Assembly (NCBI GenBank): GCA_038746265.1
Contig: JBCDKU010000001.1
Location: forward strand, 54,281 to 118,280
Source of the DNA: Planctomycetota bacterium
GTDB lineage: Bacteria > Planctomycetota > Phycisphaerae > Phycisphaerales > UBA1924
DNA: 64,000 nt
Direction of reading: 5' to 3'
Part shown: piece by piece, positions 17,516-26,604 of the stretch
How the letters are laid out: each line of letters starts with the position of its first letter
How positions within the stretch are numbered: position 1 is the first letter of the stretch
Notes under the pieces: model-generated
Told to the model about the DNA's origin: nothing
Seen by the model: only the letters and a program-made list of their open reading frames with translations
Databases searched by the model: none
Translations under genes and position numbers: made by a program

Positions 17516-17837
17516 CGAGTGGCGTCCGGGAACCAAAGAGACCGGCTGGAAGCCCGTCCCACTGTGAGCGTTGGCATCCGTCCGGCCCAACTCCGGCACT
17601 CATCCTCGGCCCCCTGCGTTCCACCACCGAACGCGGGCGGCCGCTTTCGTCTCTCAGGTCCAAACCCCGGCTGAAGACCCCCCCACGTTTCGCCGATGCC
17701 ACACCGGACCGCGCCCTGTGGCGTGCGCACCACACGCGGACCGCCGCGAACACAACCGGGGCCCACGCAGGACGCCGAAGCCCGCACATGATCGGACCTG
17801 CCCGCGCGGCACGCCGGTTGAAGGACCTGTACTCGTT

Positions 17838-18344
17838 ATGACGAACACGACCCGCTTCCGCTTCGCCGCCCTCGCCGCCGCCGTCTGCACGGGCTTCGCC
17901 GCCGCGCAGCAGACCACGCCGATCATCCGCGACAGCCTCTCGAACAGGCTCACGCAGATCCGCGTCGAGCGGTCCCAGGCCAACGTGCAGTTCCGGGGCG
18001 CCAGCGCCGCGGTCGTCCTGCCCGGCGCGTCCGCGACATCACTCTCGCCGATCGGCTTCCGCCCGGAGTTTGACCGCAACAACCTCCGCATGGGCGTGCA
18101 AACCGGCCGCTTCGATGCCGTCGCGAACTCGTTCCCGGGCACGCCCCGGCCCGACCTGCGCAACCAGCGCCGCGTCTTCCTCTCGCCCAACGCGAACCAG
18201 ATCACGGTGTTCTCGGTCGGGCGCGGGTTCAACGCCGGCAGCGTCCGCAACGCCAACGGCACGTTCAGCCGCCGCGGCATCCCGCGCCGCTCGCCGATCC
18301 AGGGCGGCGCACCGAACCGCGCGCTGCCCTTCTGGCGCCGCTAA
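17838..18344 (+). CDS. hypothetical secreted protein
   Basis: ATG 17838 in ORF 17571..18344. Signal peptide FAALAAAVCTGFAAAQQ. No recognisable domain. Confidence 0.5.
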   Translation: MTNTTRFRFAALAAAVCTGFAAAQQTTPIIRDSLSNRLTQIRVERSQANVQFRGASAAVVLPGASATSLSPIGFRPEFDRNNLRMGVQTGRFDAVANSFPGTPRPDLRNQRRVFLSPNANQITVFSVGRGFNAGSVRNANGTFSRRGIPRRSPIQGGAPNRALPFWRR

Positions 18345-18367
18345 GCGTTCAGTAAGCTTCAGCCTGA

Positions 18368-19777
18368 TCAGTTCTCGCCGGCGTCGTTGACCGCGGCCTG
18401 GACCGCGTCGCGGACCTTGCCGATCAGCTCGTCGGGCTTCGTCTCGCGCGTCGTCGCCTCGCTGAGCCGGATACGGCCCTCGGCATCGATCACGACGAAC
18501 GACGGGAACAGACGCACGCGGAAGTCCCGCGCCGCCTTGTCCGCGCCCACGCCGCGGCCGCCCTCGCCGAACAGCGGCACAAAGCGGTAGCCGCCGTCGT
18601 TGACGACCTTCGCCACCGCGTCCTTGCTCCGCTCGTTGACGACCGGTGCGAACACCGTCACGCCGTCGTCCTCGAACTCTTCGGCGAGCGCATCCACCAT
18701 CGGGTGGAACGCCGTGGACTGCTGGCTCCACGTGCCCCAGAAGTACATCACGGTCACCTTGCCCGCGATCTCGTCGCTCGAGATCAGGTTGCCGTCGAGG
18801 TCCGAGAGCTCAAAGCTGGGCGCGTCCTGGAACCGCCCCTGCTGCTGCCGCCGCGCGAGCTCCCGCTCGCGGGCCTGACGCACGCGATCGGGCGTGTCCT
18901 GGTTCGGGACCGCCGCGTCCTCCGAGAGACCGATGTCGGCCTTGACGTACGCGTCCTCGGTCCATCCCTCGGGCACGATGATCTCGAGCTGCTCGGGCGA
19001 GATCCGCGGGTTCTGCTCGATGTCACGCAGCGTCTGCGTCAGCATCACCGAGATCCCCGAGCCGCCGCTGATGCGCTGCACGCGCCGAGGCAGACTGTCG
19101 GACTTCGAGATGAACCACTTCGTCGAGCCGCTCGGGATCGAGCCGTACTTCGAGAGCTCGCCGCCCGTCCCGCGGCGGCCGTACTCGACCGTCACGACAT
19201 CGCACGCCTCGCCGTTGATCTCTTCGGTGCCGTCGAGCGTGATCGTCTGCGCCTTGAGCTCGTCCTCGAACGGGTTCCGCAGCAACAGCTCGTTGATGAT
19301 GAGGAACGTGTGGTTCGTCTGGCTGGCGGGCGGGCGTGTCGAGAACACCTTGGTGATCACGCGCTCGTCCTCGACCTCTTTCCATGAGTCGAACTTGGGC
19401 CCGCGGAGCAGGTCGATCTTCTGCACGCCGCCGGGCGGGGCATCGACCTCGCCGATGATCCGCCGCAGCCACAGACCGCCGAGGCCCTGCTGCTTGGTCT
19501 GGATCATCTGGATGTAGCCCGAGCCCGTCGGGATCAGGTTCGCGAAGGGCCCCTGCGCCTCGCTCGTGAGCTCCACGCTGTACGCGAGCGACGCCAGCCC
19601 CTTGATCGTCGCCGCCGACCGCTCGAGCACCGCCTTCGCCTCGGCGTCCACCTTCTTCTCGGCCGCCCCCGCCGGCTGGCCCGGCTGAGCCGCCAGCGCC
19701 GCGGGCGTCACGCTCACGGTCGCCAGCACGCCGGCGGCGACCACGGTCCTCAGAATCCGATCGGCTGCTGCGAACAT
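18368..19777 (-). CDS. exported LolA-like / thioredoxin-fold (TlpA-like) protein lacking the CXXC cysteines
   Basis: ATG 19777 after AAGGAG. Signal peptide VVAAGVLATVSVTPAALAAQP. The C-terminal Trx fold GKVTVMYFWGTWSQQSTAFHP aligns to FWGEWCVPC of the paralog at 58263..59501. Confidence 0.65.
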   Translation of the reverse strand: MFAAADRILRTVVAAGVLATVSVTPAALAAQPGQPAGAAEKKVDAEAKAVLERSAATIKGLASLAYSVELTSEAQGPFANLIPTGSGYIQMIQTKQQGLGGLWLRRIIGEVDAPPGGVQKIDLLRGPKFDSWKEVEDERVITKVFSTRPPASQTNHTFLIINELLLRNPFEDELKAQTITLDGTEEINGEACDVVTVEYGRRGTGGELSKYGSIPSGSTKWFISKSDSLPRRVQRISGGSGISVMLTQTLRDIEQNPRISPEQLEIIVPEGWTEDAYVKADIGLSEDAAVPNQDTPDRVRQARERELARRQQQGRFQDAPSFELSDLDGNLISSDEIAGKVTVMYFWGTWSQQSTAFHPMVDALAEEFEDDGVTVFAPVVNERSKDAVAKVVNDGGYRFVPLFGEGGRGVGADKAARDFRVRLFPSFVVIDAEGRIRLSEATTRETKPDELIGKVRDAVQAAVNDAGEN

Positions 19778-19888
19778 CTCAAGCTCCTTGAGTCCTGCAA
19801 AGTCTGTCGCCAAAGTCCAGGCGTTCGTCGGGAACGATGCTATGCGGCCGCCAACCTGCCCCGGCCAGACCTGACCGATCTCGGTCCC

Positions 19889-20743
19889 CTACCTCAGAAG
19901 GTCCGAAAGCGCAGCCCCGGGGTCGTCCTGACGCATCAGGTGCTCCCCCACGAGCACGATCCGGACCCCCACCTCCCGGAGCCGGGCCAGATCCGCCGGC
20001 TCCGAGATCCCCGATTCCGACACCAGGACGCCCGGATCGTCCACCAGATCCACCAGACGCGTCGTATGAGCGACGTCCGTCGTCATCGTCGTCAGATCCC
20101 GGTTGTTGATACCGAGCAGGCAGTAGCTGGGATGCGGGAACCCGACGTGCGGACGCACCCGCAGCAGATTCTCCATCGAGTGCACCTCGAGCAGCACCGT
20201 CAGACCCAGACGCTGGGCCAGGATCATCATGTCGATGATCTGCCCCTCCGTCAGCACCTCGGCGATCAGCAAGACCGCGTCCGCGCCCGCCGCCCGGCTC
20301 TCCCAGAGCTGGATCGGATCGACGATGAAGTCCTTCCGCAGGACCGGCAGCGGGGCCGCCTCCTTCACCCGCTGGATGAAGCTCAGGTGCCCGCCGAAGA
20401 AGGTCTCGTCCGTCAGGCAGCTGATCGCCGCCGCCCCCGCGGCGTGGTACCGCCGGGCGACCGCCGCTGGATCGAACCCATCGCCCTCATACTCTGGACG
20501 GATGAGACCCGCCGACGGACTCTGCCGCTTGATCTCCGCGATCACCGCCGTGGTGCCGTCGCCGCTACGCCCGCCCTCGGTCACGGCCCGGAAGAAGTTC
20601 CGCGGGGGCTCTGCCTGCGCGACCTCCGCCTCCAGCTCCGTCATCGACCGCGACGACTTGAGCCGCTCGACCTCCCCCCGCTTGTGCTCCACGATCTCGG
20701 CGAGCACCGCGGGCGGCACCGGATTCACGTCCTGGTCACTCAT
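19889..20743 (-). CDS. trpC: indole-3-glycerol phosphate synthase
   Basis: VIAEIKRQSPSAG, ISCLTDETFFGG, PVLRKDFIVDPIQ, NNRDL. Start ambiguous (20743, 20752 or 20767). Confidence 0.85.
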   Translation of the reverse strand: MSDQDVNPVPPAVLAEIVEHKRGEVERLKSSRSMTELEAEVAQAEPPRNFFRAVTEGGRSGDGTTAVIAEIKRQSPSAGLIRPEYEGDGFDPAAVARRYHAAGAAAISCLTDETFFGGHLSFIQRVKEAAPLPVLRKDFIVDPIQLWESRAAGADAVLLIAEVLTEGQIIDMMILAQRLGLTVLLEVHSMENLLRVRPHVGFPHPSYCLLGINNRDLTTMTTDVAHTTRLVDLVDDPGVLVSESGISEPADLARLREVGVRIVLVGEHLMRQDDPGAALSDLLR

Positions 20744-20792
20744 CGCGGGCATTGTTGCGGCCCTCACCCTCGCTTTCTTCGCGGGACCGGTG

Positions 20793-21710
20793 ATGGGCCA
20801 GGATGACGCCGTTCATGACGGCGTCGGCGCTTCGGAGCCGCAGGCCGACTCGACGTCCGCCCTCCTCGCCGGTCTCGCGATCTACTCGGGCTTCTCGCTC
20901 ATCAGCCTCGCGATCTGCATCTGGGGCGTCCGGTTGTTCTCGGGCCCGGGCCTTGACCGCAAGGGCGCCCGCGACCTCGACCCGATCCCCACAACCGCGT
21001 GGTTCGCTGCCGCCGGCCTCGCCTGGCTCGTCGTGCCCATCACCGCCGGCATCGGCGTCGGCATCGCCACTGCGTCGGGCGACGATCCCACCGAGACCAT
21101 CGCGGCCGCCGCGACCGACATCCGATTTCTCGGCCTCACCCAGTCCATCGCCTATGGCCTCAGCTCCATCGCCTGCCTCGCCCTCGCCTGGTTCATCGCA
21201 CGCAAGGCCCCCAACGCCGGCCTCCGCGCACGACCTGTTGACGCCATCGTCGGCCCCGGAACCTGGATGCTCATCGTCCCCTTCACGCTCGTCGCCGGGT
21301 CCATCGCCGCCCTCGCCGCGGCCGCGTTCGCGGGCGAGTCTCCCGAGCCCATCACCCACGACACCCTCCGCACCATCTCCGAAGAACGAAACAACCCGTG
21401 GATGTGGGGCCTCGCCCTCTCCGCGACCGTCGGCGCGGGCGTCGTCGAAGAGATCACCTACCGCGGCCTACTCCAATCGGGCTTCCGCCGCCTCACCAAA
21501 AGCCCCTGGGCCGCCATCGTCGCGACCTCGACCATCTTCACGCTCATGCACTGGTCGGTCGTCGCCGAGGGACGCCACGCGCTCGCCGTGATCTTCGTGC
21601 TGTCCATCGCGCTCGGCGCTGCCTTCGAGCGCACCAAGTCCATCGCCGTCCCGATCATCGCGCACGCGATGTTCAACGCCATGCAGATCCTCGCGGTCCT
21701 CGCCGGCTGA
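20793..21710 (+). CDS. CPBP family intramembrane glutamic endopeptidase (CAAX protease-like)
   Basis: VVEEITYRGLL, IFTLMHW and IIAHAMFNA motifs with multiple TM helices. The ORF-track start at 20229 is antisense to trpC and is rejected. Start is 20790 (GTG) or 20793 (ATG). Confidence 0.75.
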   Translation: MGQDDAVHDGVGASEPQADSTSALLAGLAIYSGFSLISLAICIWGVRLFSGPGLDRKGARDLDPIPTTAWFAAAGLAWLVVPITAGIGVGIATASGDDPTETIAAAATDIRFLGLTQSIAYGLSSIACLALAWFIARKAPNAGLRARPVDAIVGPGTWMLIVPFTLVAGSIAALAAAAFAGESPEPITHDTLRTISEERNNPWMWGLALSATVGAGVVEEITYRGLLQSGFRRLTKSPWAAIVATSTIFTLMHWSVVAEGRHALAVIFVLSIALGAAFERTKSIAVPIIAHAMFNAMQILAVLAG

Positions 21711-21784
21711 GGCCCGGCTGAAGCCCGCCGAGGCCTGCTTCAAGCATCGAGACCCACCCAACCACCCGTCTACCCTTGCCTCCC

Positions 21785-22861
21785 ATGCCCGAAACCAACA
21801 CCTCCAAGCCCCGCATCCTCACCGGCGACACACCCACAGGACGCCTCCACCTCGGGCACTGGGTCGGCTCCGTCGAGAACCGCGTCCGTCTGCAGGACAA
21901 GTACGACTGCTACTTCCTGCTCGCCAACATGCACGCCTACACCACGCGCGCCGACCAGCCAACCGACATCCGCGAGTCCACCATCGAGATCGTCAAGGAC
22001 TGGATCGCCTGCGGTATCGACCCCAACCAATCCACCATCGTCCTCCAGACCGAGGTCCCGGCGATCGCCGAGCTGACGTGGTTCCTCGCGATGCTCCTGC
22101 CCTTCAACCGCGTCATGCGCAACCCGACGCTCAAGACCGAGATCGAGGACAAGGGCCTGGGCGACAACTACCCCTTCGGCTTCCCCCTCTACGCCGTCGG
22201 GCAGTGCGCCGACATCCTCATCTTCCGCCCGGAGCTCGTCCCCGTGGGCGAGGACCAGGTGGCCCACATCGAGCCCTGCCGCGAGGTCGCCCGCCGCTTC
22301 AACCAGCTCTACTGCCGCGTCGATCCGCAAACAGAAGACGAGGACTACGTCGCCAGGGGCGGGCTCTTCCCGATCCCCAAGGCAGAGGTCGGCCGCGTGG
22401 GACGCCTCCCGGGCATCGACGGAAAGAAGATGTCCAAGAGCCTCAACAACGCGATCTTCCTCTCCGACAGCTTCAAGCAGATCAAGAAGAAGATCGGCCA
22501 GATCTATACCGGACGCCAGGCGATGGACGAGCCGGGCGACACCACCAACCTGCTCTTCGACTACGTCCGCTTCTTCGTCACCGATGCCGACCGCGTCGCC
22601 GAGCTCGAGAAGAAGTACGCCGCCGGCGACAACATCGGCGACGGCCACGTCAAGGCCGAGATTGCGGACGCGATCAACGCCATCATCGAGCCCATCCGCG
22701 AGAAACGAGCCGAGCTCGACACCCCGGCAGGCGAAGCCAAGATCCTCGAGATCATCCGAGACGGCACCCGCCGAGCCAACGAGATCGCCGAAGAAACTCT
22801 CTACCTCGCGAAGAAGGCGATGAAGCTCGACTTCGGCAAGCGCGTGCTGGACTTGAAGTAA
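21785..22861 (+). CDS. trpS: tryptophan--tRNA ligase
   Basis: TGDTPTGRLHLGHW (HIGH), KMSKSLNN (KMSKS), and overall class-I TrpRS layout. Confidence 0.9.
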   Translation: MPETNTSKPRILTGDTPTGRLHLGHWVGSVENRVRLQDKYDCYFLLANMHAYTTRADQPTDIRESTIEIVKDWIACGIDPNQSTIVLQTEVPAIAELTWFLAMLLPFNRVMRNPTLKTEIEDKGLGDNYPFGFPLYAVGQCADILIFRPELVPVGEDQVAHIEPCREVARRFNQLYCRVDPQTEDEDYVARGGLFPIPKAEVGRVGRLPGIDGKKMSKSLNNAIFLSDSFKQIKKKIGQIYTGRQAMDEPGDTTNLLFDYVRFFVTDADRVAELEKKYAAGDNIGDGHVKAEIADAINAIIEPIREKRAELDTPAGEAKILEIIRDGTRRANEIAEETLYLAKKAMKLDFGKRVLDLK

Positions 22862-22873
22862 GAGGTCTCGGTC

Positions 22874-23593
22874 ATGTCACCTGGGCTCTCCGTGAAACAC
22901 CGTGCGACGTCGATATGGCGTGCGTGCCCGTTCGCGAGTGCCGAGATCGACTTTGCCTACCACTCTCCGCGAGTTCTCTCAAGAGATGCCGTCGACAGTG
23001 CGGCACCTGTCGTTTTTTTGGGAGTGCTAGGGCTGCTGATCTCTTTGGTAGCACCGATGCTCCTGTTCGAGCACGCGCGGTCGAATCCATCGACGTTCTC
23101 TTGGCCGACACCTCAGATCTGCGCTGTGTTGGTCGCGATCGCCGCAGGTCTTCCATGTCTTGCGCTCGGCTGCATCCCGGCACTCTGGTACTGGAGTCAT
23201 CGAAAGGTGCTGGAACTTGTCGAAGCGGAAGACGGACCGCAATTCACCCTGATCTACCGTGACATGTTCTCACGCAAAGGGACCGTGATCGCAGAACAAC
23301 CGATGAGCGCGTCTCGCCTCGAAGTCTGCGTGCTCGAGCTCACCGATAGACCCAAGGTTCCGGGCGCAAAGGGATGGTGCGTTGCGCTTCGAGGACCAAA
23401 CTTCGACTACGTGCTCGCGTGCGCAGACTCCGTCGAAGCGATCGATGAGTTCATTCCGCGGTACCGAGGACTCGAAATCGAGACCACGGACAACATGCTC
23501 ACATTCCTTGGGTTTCGGAGCTTGCTGCCGATGGGCTCGCGGGTTTCTCGCTATCTCGGTCGCCCTGCGGACGATCATGACAAGACATCTTGA
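22874..23593 (+). CDS. hypothetical two-TM membrane protein (lower-GC gene)
   Basis: ORF 22874..23593. TM helices VVFLGVLGLLISLVAPMLLF and ICAVLVAIAAGLPCLALGCIPALWYW, followed by a soluble domain of about 130 aa. One sampled line counted about 58% GC. Confidence 0.5.
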   Translation: MSPGLSVKHRATSIWRACPFASAEIDFAYHSPRVLSRDAVDSAAPVVFLGVLGLLISLVAPMLLFEHARSNPSTFSWPTPQICAVLVAIAAGLPCLALGCIPALWYWSHRKVLELVEAEDGPQFTLIYRDMFSRKGTVIAEQPMSASRLEVCVLELTDRPKVPGAKGWCVALRGPNFDYVLACADSVEAIDEFIPRYRGLEIETTDNMLTFLGFRSLLPMGSRVSRYLGRPADDHDKTS

Positions 23594-23597
23594 GAAC

Positions 23598-24809
23598 TCA
23601 ATCCCGCCCCAACAACCCACCGCGCAGCACCACCGCGTCCTGCACCGGCCCGAACTCGCCCGCATCAAGCACCAGACGCAGCAACCGTCCGCCCGCACCT
23701 ACACCGGGTAGCTCGACCGACACCGTCGCATCCGGTGTGCCCGCCGTGAGCCGCGTGGACGACAGCGTCTCGACCGATCCGGTCGAGAGCACGACCTCAA
23801 CACGCAAAACACAATCAGCCCACGGCCCCGGGCTCCCGCCCAGCATGCGGACCAGGCTCGCCGTGACCGCGAGCCGCGCGTCCTCCGGCTGCAGCCGCCA
23901 ATCGACTGCCATCGGCCCGGGAAGCGAGATATCCGCCGCGCCGAGCGGCGTCGCCAGCACGTCGCCCACCGCGGGCATCTCCGTCCACCGCCGCGTCGGA
24001 TCGGGCAGCACCCGCGCGATCGGTCGGGCAGCGAGCGCATCGAGCGCCCCCGCGTCCGGCGCGTACGCCAGCACGCGGTCCGCCGTCAGCGACATCGGCT
24101 CGGGCTGCTCGAGCCCGAGCGACCCGCCCGCCGGCAGCCACGGCACGATCGAAAGCACCGACCCGTCATCGAGCCACACACGCGGACCCTCGGGCGACAC
24201 CCGCGCGTTCGCGAGCCCGATCCCCGCGACACGGCTCAGCGGGATCGTCCGGTCGCCCGCCTCGGTCTCGATCTCGATCGACTCACCCATCGCGAGCACG
24301 AACCCCGACACCCCATCACCGTTGGTCAGCGCGACGAAGTCGTCCTCCGGATTCGCGCGCGACCCGATCTCGCGCGCGAGCTGACCCGAGAGCACACGTC
24401 CCGCGCCGAGCACGATCGCCGAGATCTCGTCCAGCGGCACCGACGCCGTCCCGAGCCCGCCCAGGTCGATCGCCAGCGCCTCGCCGCCCTCGCCCTGCGA
24501 CGCGAGCAGTCTTCCGATCAGCCGCTGCCCATCGATCGTCTCGATCAGGGCGACCGCCCCCGACGCCCCGGGCGGGATCGCGGGCCGCGCGGTCGTCCCA
24601 GGCCGCGCCCCGAACGCCGCGAGCCGGTCCCATCCGATCGTCCGCCGACGCCCGATGTCGTCCTCGAACACCACGCCCTGCGGCGTCAGCTCGAGAATCT
24701 CCACCGATGTCGAACCAAGATCGCGATCAAGCAGCACGCGCGGCTGCTGCGCGCACGCGATCGACGCGAGAAGACCGAGCAAGATGGATGGTATTCGCCT
24801 GAGCATCAT
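23598..24809 (-). CDS. hypothetical exported protein (last gene of the Bat/VWA-like operon)
   Basis: Signal peptide ILLGLLASIACAQQP. ATGA overlap with the upstream gene at 24806-24809. Confidence 0.55.
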   Translation of the reverse strand: MMLRRIPSILLGLLASIACAQQPRVLLDRDLGSTSVEILELTPQGVVFEDDIGRRRTIGWDRLAAFGARPGTTARPAIPPGASGAVALIETIDGQRLIGRLLASQGEGGEALAIDLGGLGTASVPLDEISAIVLGAGRVLSGQLAREIGSRANPEDDFVALTNGDGVSGFVLAMGESIEIETEAGDRTIPLSRVAGIGLANARVSPEGPRVWLDDGSVLSIVPWLPAGGSLGLEQPEPMSLTADRVLAYAPDAGALDALAARPIARVLPDPTRRWTEMPAVGDVLATPLGAADISLPGPMAVDWRLQPEDARLAVTASLVRMLGGSPGPWADCVLRVEVVLSTGSVETLSSTRLTAGTPDATVSVELPGVGAGGRLLRLVLDAGEFGPVQDAVVLRGGLLGRD

Positions 24810-25897
24810 TTCTGAAAGATCGGCAGATACCGCTTCGGCATCTGCAGCACGATCAGCGCCATCGCTGTCCCGTACTCACGCCCAACAGTCGGATCGTCCC
24901 ACGACCCATCCTCGAGCTGGCTCTGGAGCAGCTCCTCGCGCACCGCGGGCCACCACCGCGCCCAGTTGTCGCCCCCCGCAAGGAACATCGCCTGCACGGC
25001 GTAGTAGTGCCCGTAAAAATAGTGCGCCCGCGTGCGGTTCCCGCGACCCGGGAACGCCGCACGCTCGAGGTAGTCCAGGCCGCGATCGATCGCGACATCG
25101 TCGTAGATGCCCGCGTAGTACAGGCTCGCGACACCCGCGGCAGATCGGGGCCACGCACTCGACCCGCCGTCCGCCTGGTACCGGAACCCGCCGTCGCGGT
25201 TCTGGCAGCGGCGCACATACTCAACCGCCTTGTCGATCACCGCGGCATCGACCTCAAGCCCCGCGTTGCGCGCCGACCGCAGCGCCATGATCTCGCAGAT
25301 CGTCACCGACACGTCCGCGTCGTAGGGCACCGGGTTGTACCGCCAGCCGCCCTCGTCGTTTTGCGTGCGCTCGATCAGGCGGATCGCCTTGACGAGCGCC
25401 TCGTGCGTGCGGGCCGCGAGCTGCGTGTCCGCGCCGCCCTGCGTCATGCCGTAGACCTCGCCCAGGAACAACGTCGCGAACCCGTGCCCGTACATCGGAC
25501 CGTGCGCCGCGTCCGACGCGATCAGCCCGTTCTCGGCGACGTTGTCCACGACGAAGCGCACGCCGCGGTCGATCATCTCGCCGTACTCGCCCCGGCCCGG
25601 CAGGTGCCCGTCGGCCATGAACGCCAGGCACGCGAGCGACGTGATCGCGACGTTCTTGCCGAACCGGCCGCCCTCGAACGACCCATCCTCGGCCTGCCGC
25701 TCCGCGAGGTACGCGAGCCCGCGCTCAACCGCGCGATCGAGCTCCGCGGTGATCTCACCCTCGAGCGCGTCGTTCGCGGCCGAGTTGCCGAACGCCTCGG
25801 GCCGATCATCGACATCGGAGAGCGCGCCCTGCGCCAGCGCCGAACCTGAACAGAGCAACGCGGCCATGATCGCGAGTGTCTTCACAGAGCCAATCAT
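24806..25897 (-). CDS. prenyltransferase/squalene-oxidase-repeat (alpha-alpha toroid) protein, exported
   Basis: ATG 25897 (ATGA overlap). Signal peptide LAIMAALLCSGSALAQG. Repeats QAEDGSFEGG, QNDEGGWRYN, QNRDGGFRYQ, QLEDGSWDD. Confidence 0.7.
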   Translation of the reverse strand: MIGSVKTLAIMAALLCSGSALAQGALSDVDDRPEAFGNSAANDALEGEITAELDRAVERGLAYLAERQAEDGSFEGGRFGKNVAITSLACLAFMADGHLPGRGEYGEMIDRGVRFVVDNVAENGLIASDAAHGPMYGHGFATLFLGEVYGMTQGGADTQLAARTHEALVKAIRLIERTQNDEGGWRYNPVPYDADVSVTICEIMALRSARNAGLEVDAAVIDKAVEYVRRCQNRDGGFRYQADGGSSAWPRSAAGVASLYYAGIYDDVAIDRGLDYLERAAFPGRGNRTRAHYFYGHYYAVQAMFLAGGDNWARWWPAVREELLQSQLEDGSWDDPTVGREYGTAMALIVLQMPKRYLPIFQK

Positions 25898-26604
25898 CGG
25901 TCGTCCTCCTCGCCGCGCTCGGCCAATCTGCGGTAATACGCCCGCGTGAGCTCCTCGTAGAGCGAGCTGAACCGCTCGCTGAGCCCCTGGGTCAGGGCCC
26001 CGCGGACGCGCTCGGGCAGGTTGCCCCACTCCGCGCCTGCCGCCACCGCCTCGGGGCTGAGCTCGCCCTGCTGCAATCCGGGCGGCTGCGCCTCGCCCTG
26101 GTTCTCGGAGTTGCCCGCCTGATCGTTCTGGGCCTGCTGCTGTTGCTGCTGGTTCGGCTGCTGCTGCTGCTGCGAGGAACTCGACGAGCTTGACGAGCTG
26201 CTCGAACTCGACGACTGGTTGTTCTGCGCCGAATCGATCACGAGATCGAGCTTGCGCAGGATGTCCTCCTGAATGCGCTGCGTGCCGATCCCCGTGTCGT
26301 GGGCCGCGGACGCGAGCCGGTCGGCGGTGTCCTGCATGAGCTGCTGCGCCTGATCGAGCTCCTGCGTCGCCTCCGCGCCGCTCAGCTCGCGTTCAAGCTG
26401 CTGCCCCGCGAGCTCATCGGGATCGATCCGGATCGCGCCCGACTCGGCCGTCACCTCGCTGGCTTCTTTCAACCCGAGCAGCACATCAAGATCCGGCAAT
26501 CCGGGCGGCGGGGTTGTCGGCGGTGTTGACTGCGCCGGCTGCGCGATCGCCGAACCGGCGATCGCCACGATGACAAGCGTCGTCAGCTTCACGGCACGCT
26601 TCAC
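25894..26604 (-). CDS. secreted protein with poly-Ser/poly-Gln tract
   Basis: Signal peptide LTTLVIVAIAGSAIAQP. Central run of about 14 Ser followed by QQQQQPNQQQQQQ. 4-nt overlaps at both ends. Confidence 0.6.
   Translation of the reverse strand: MKRAVKLTTLVIVAIAGSAIAQPAQSTPPTTPPPGLPDLDVLLGLKEASEVTAESGAIRIDPDELAGQQLERELSGAEATQELDQAQQLMQDTADRLASAAHDTGIGTQRIQEDILRKLDLVIDSAQNNQSSSSSSSSSSSSSSQQQQQPNQQQQQQAQNDQAGNSENQGEAQPPGLQQGELSPEAVAAGAEWGNLPERVRGALTQGLSERFSSLYEELTRAYYRRLAERGEEDDR
26128..26217 (-). repeat. coding low-complexity tract (CAG/CTG-type Gln run plus mixed-codon Ser run)
   Basis: ctgctgctgttgctgctg...ctgctgctgctgctg followed by 14 consecutive Ser codons (complement). Confidence 0.8.

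Noticed and set aside
20229-20792. N-terminal 188 codons of ORF 20229..21710
   Set aside because: This part is antisense to trpC and S/A/R-rich. The CPBP protease homology begins only after about 20790.
15692-26217. Possible CRISPR or tandem-repeat arrays (GXY region 15692-15889, CTG/Ser run 26128-26217, acidic-tail repeats 45296-45370)
   Set aside because: All are in-frame coding low-complexity tracts without a spacer/repeat organisation. I noticed no CRISPR-like array anywhere in the window.
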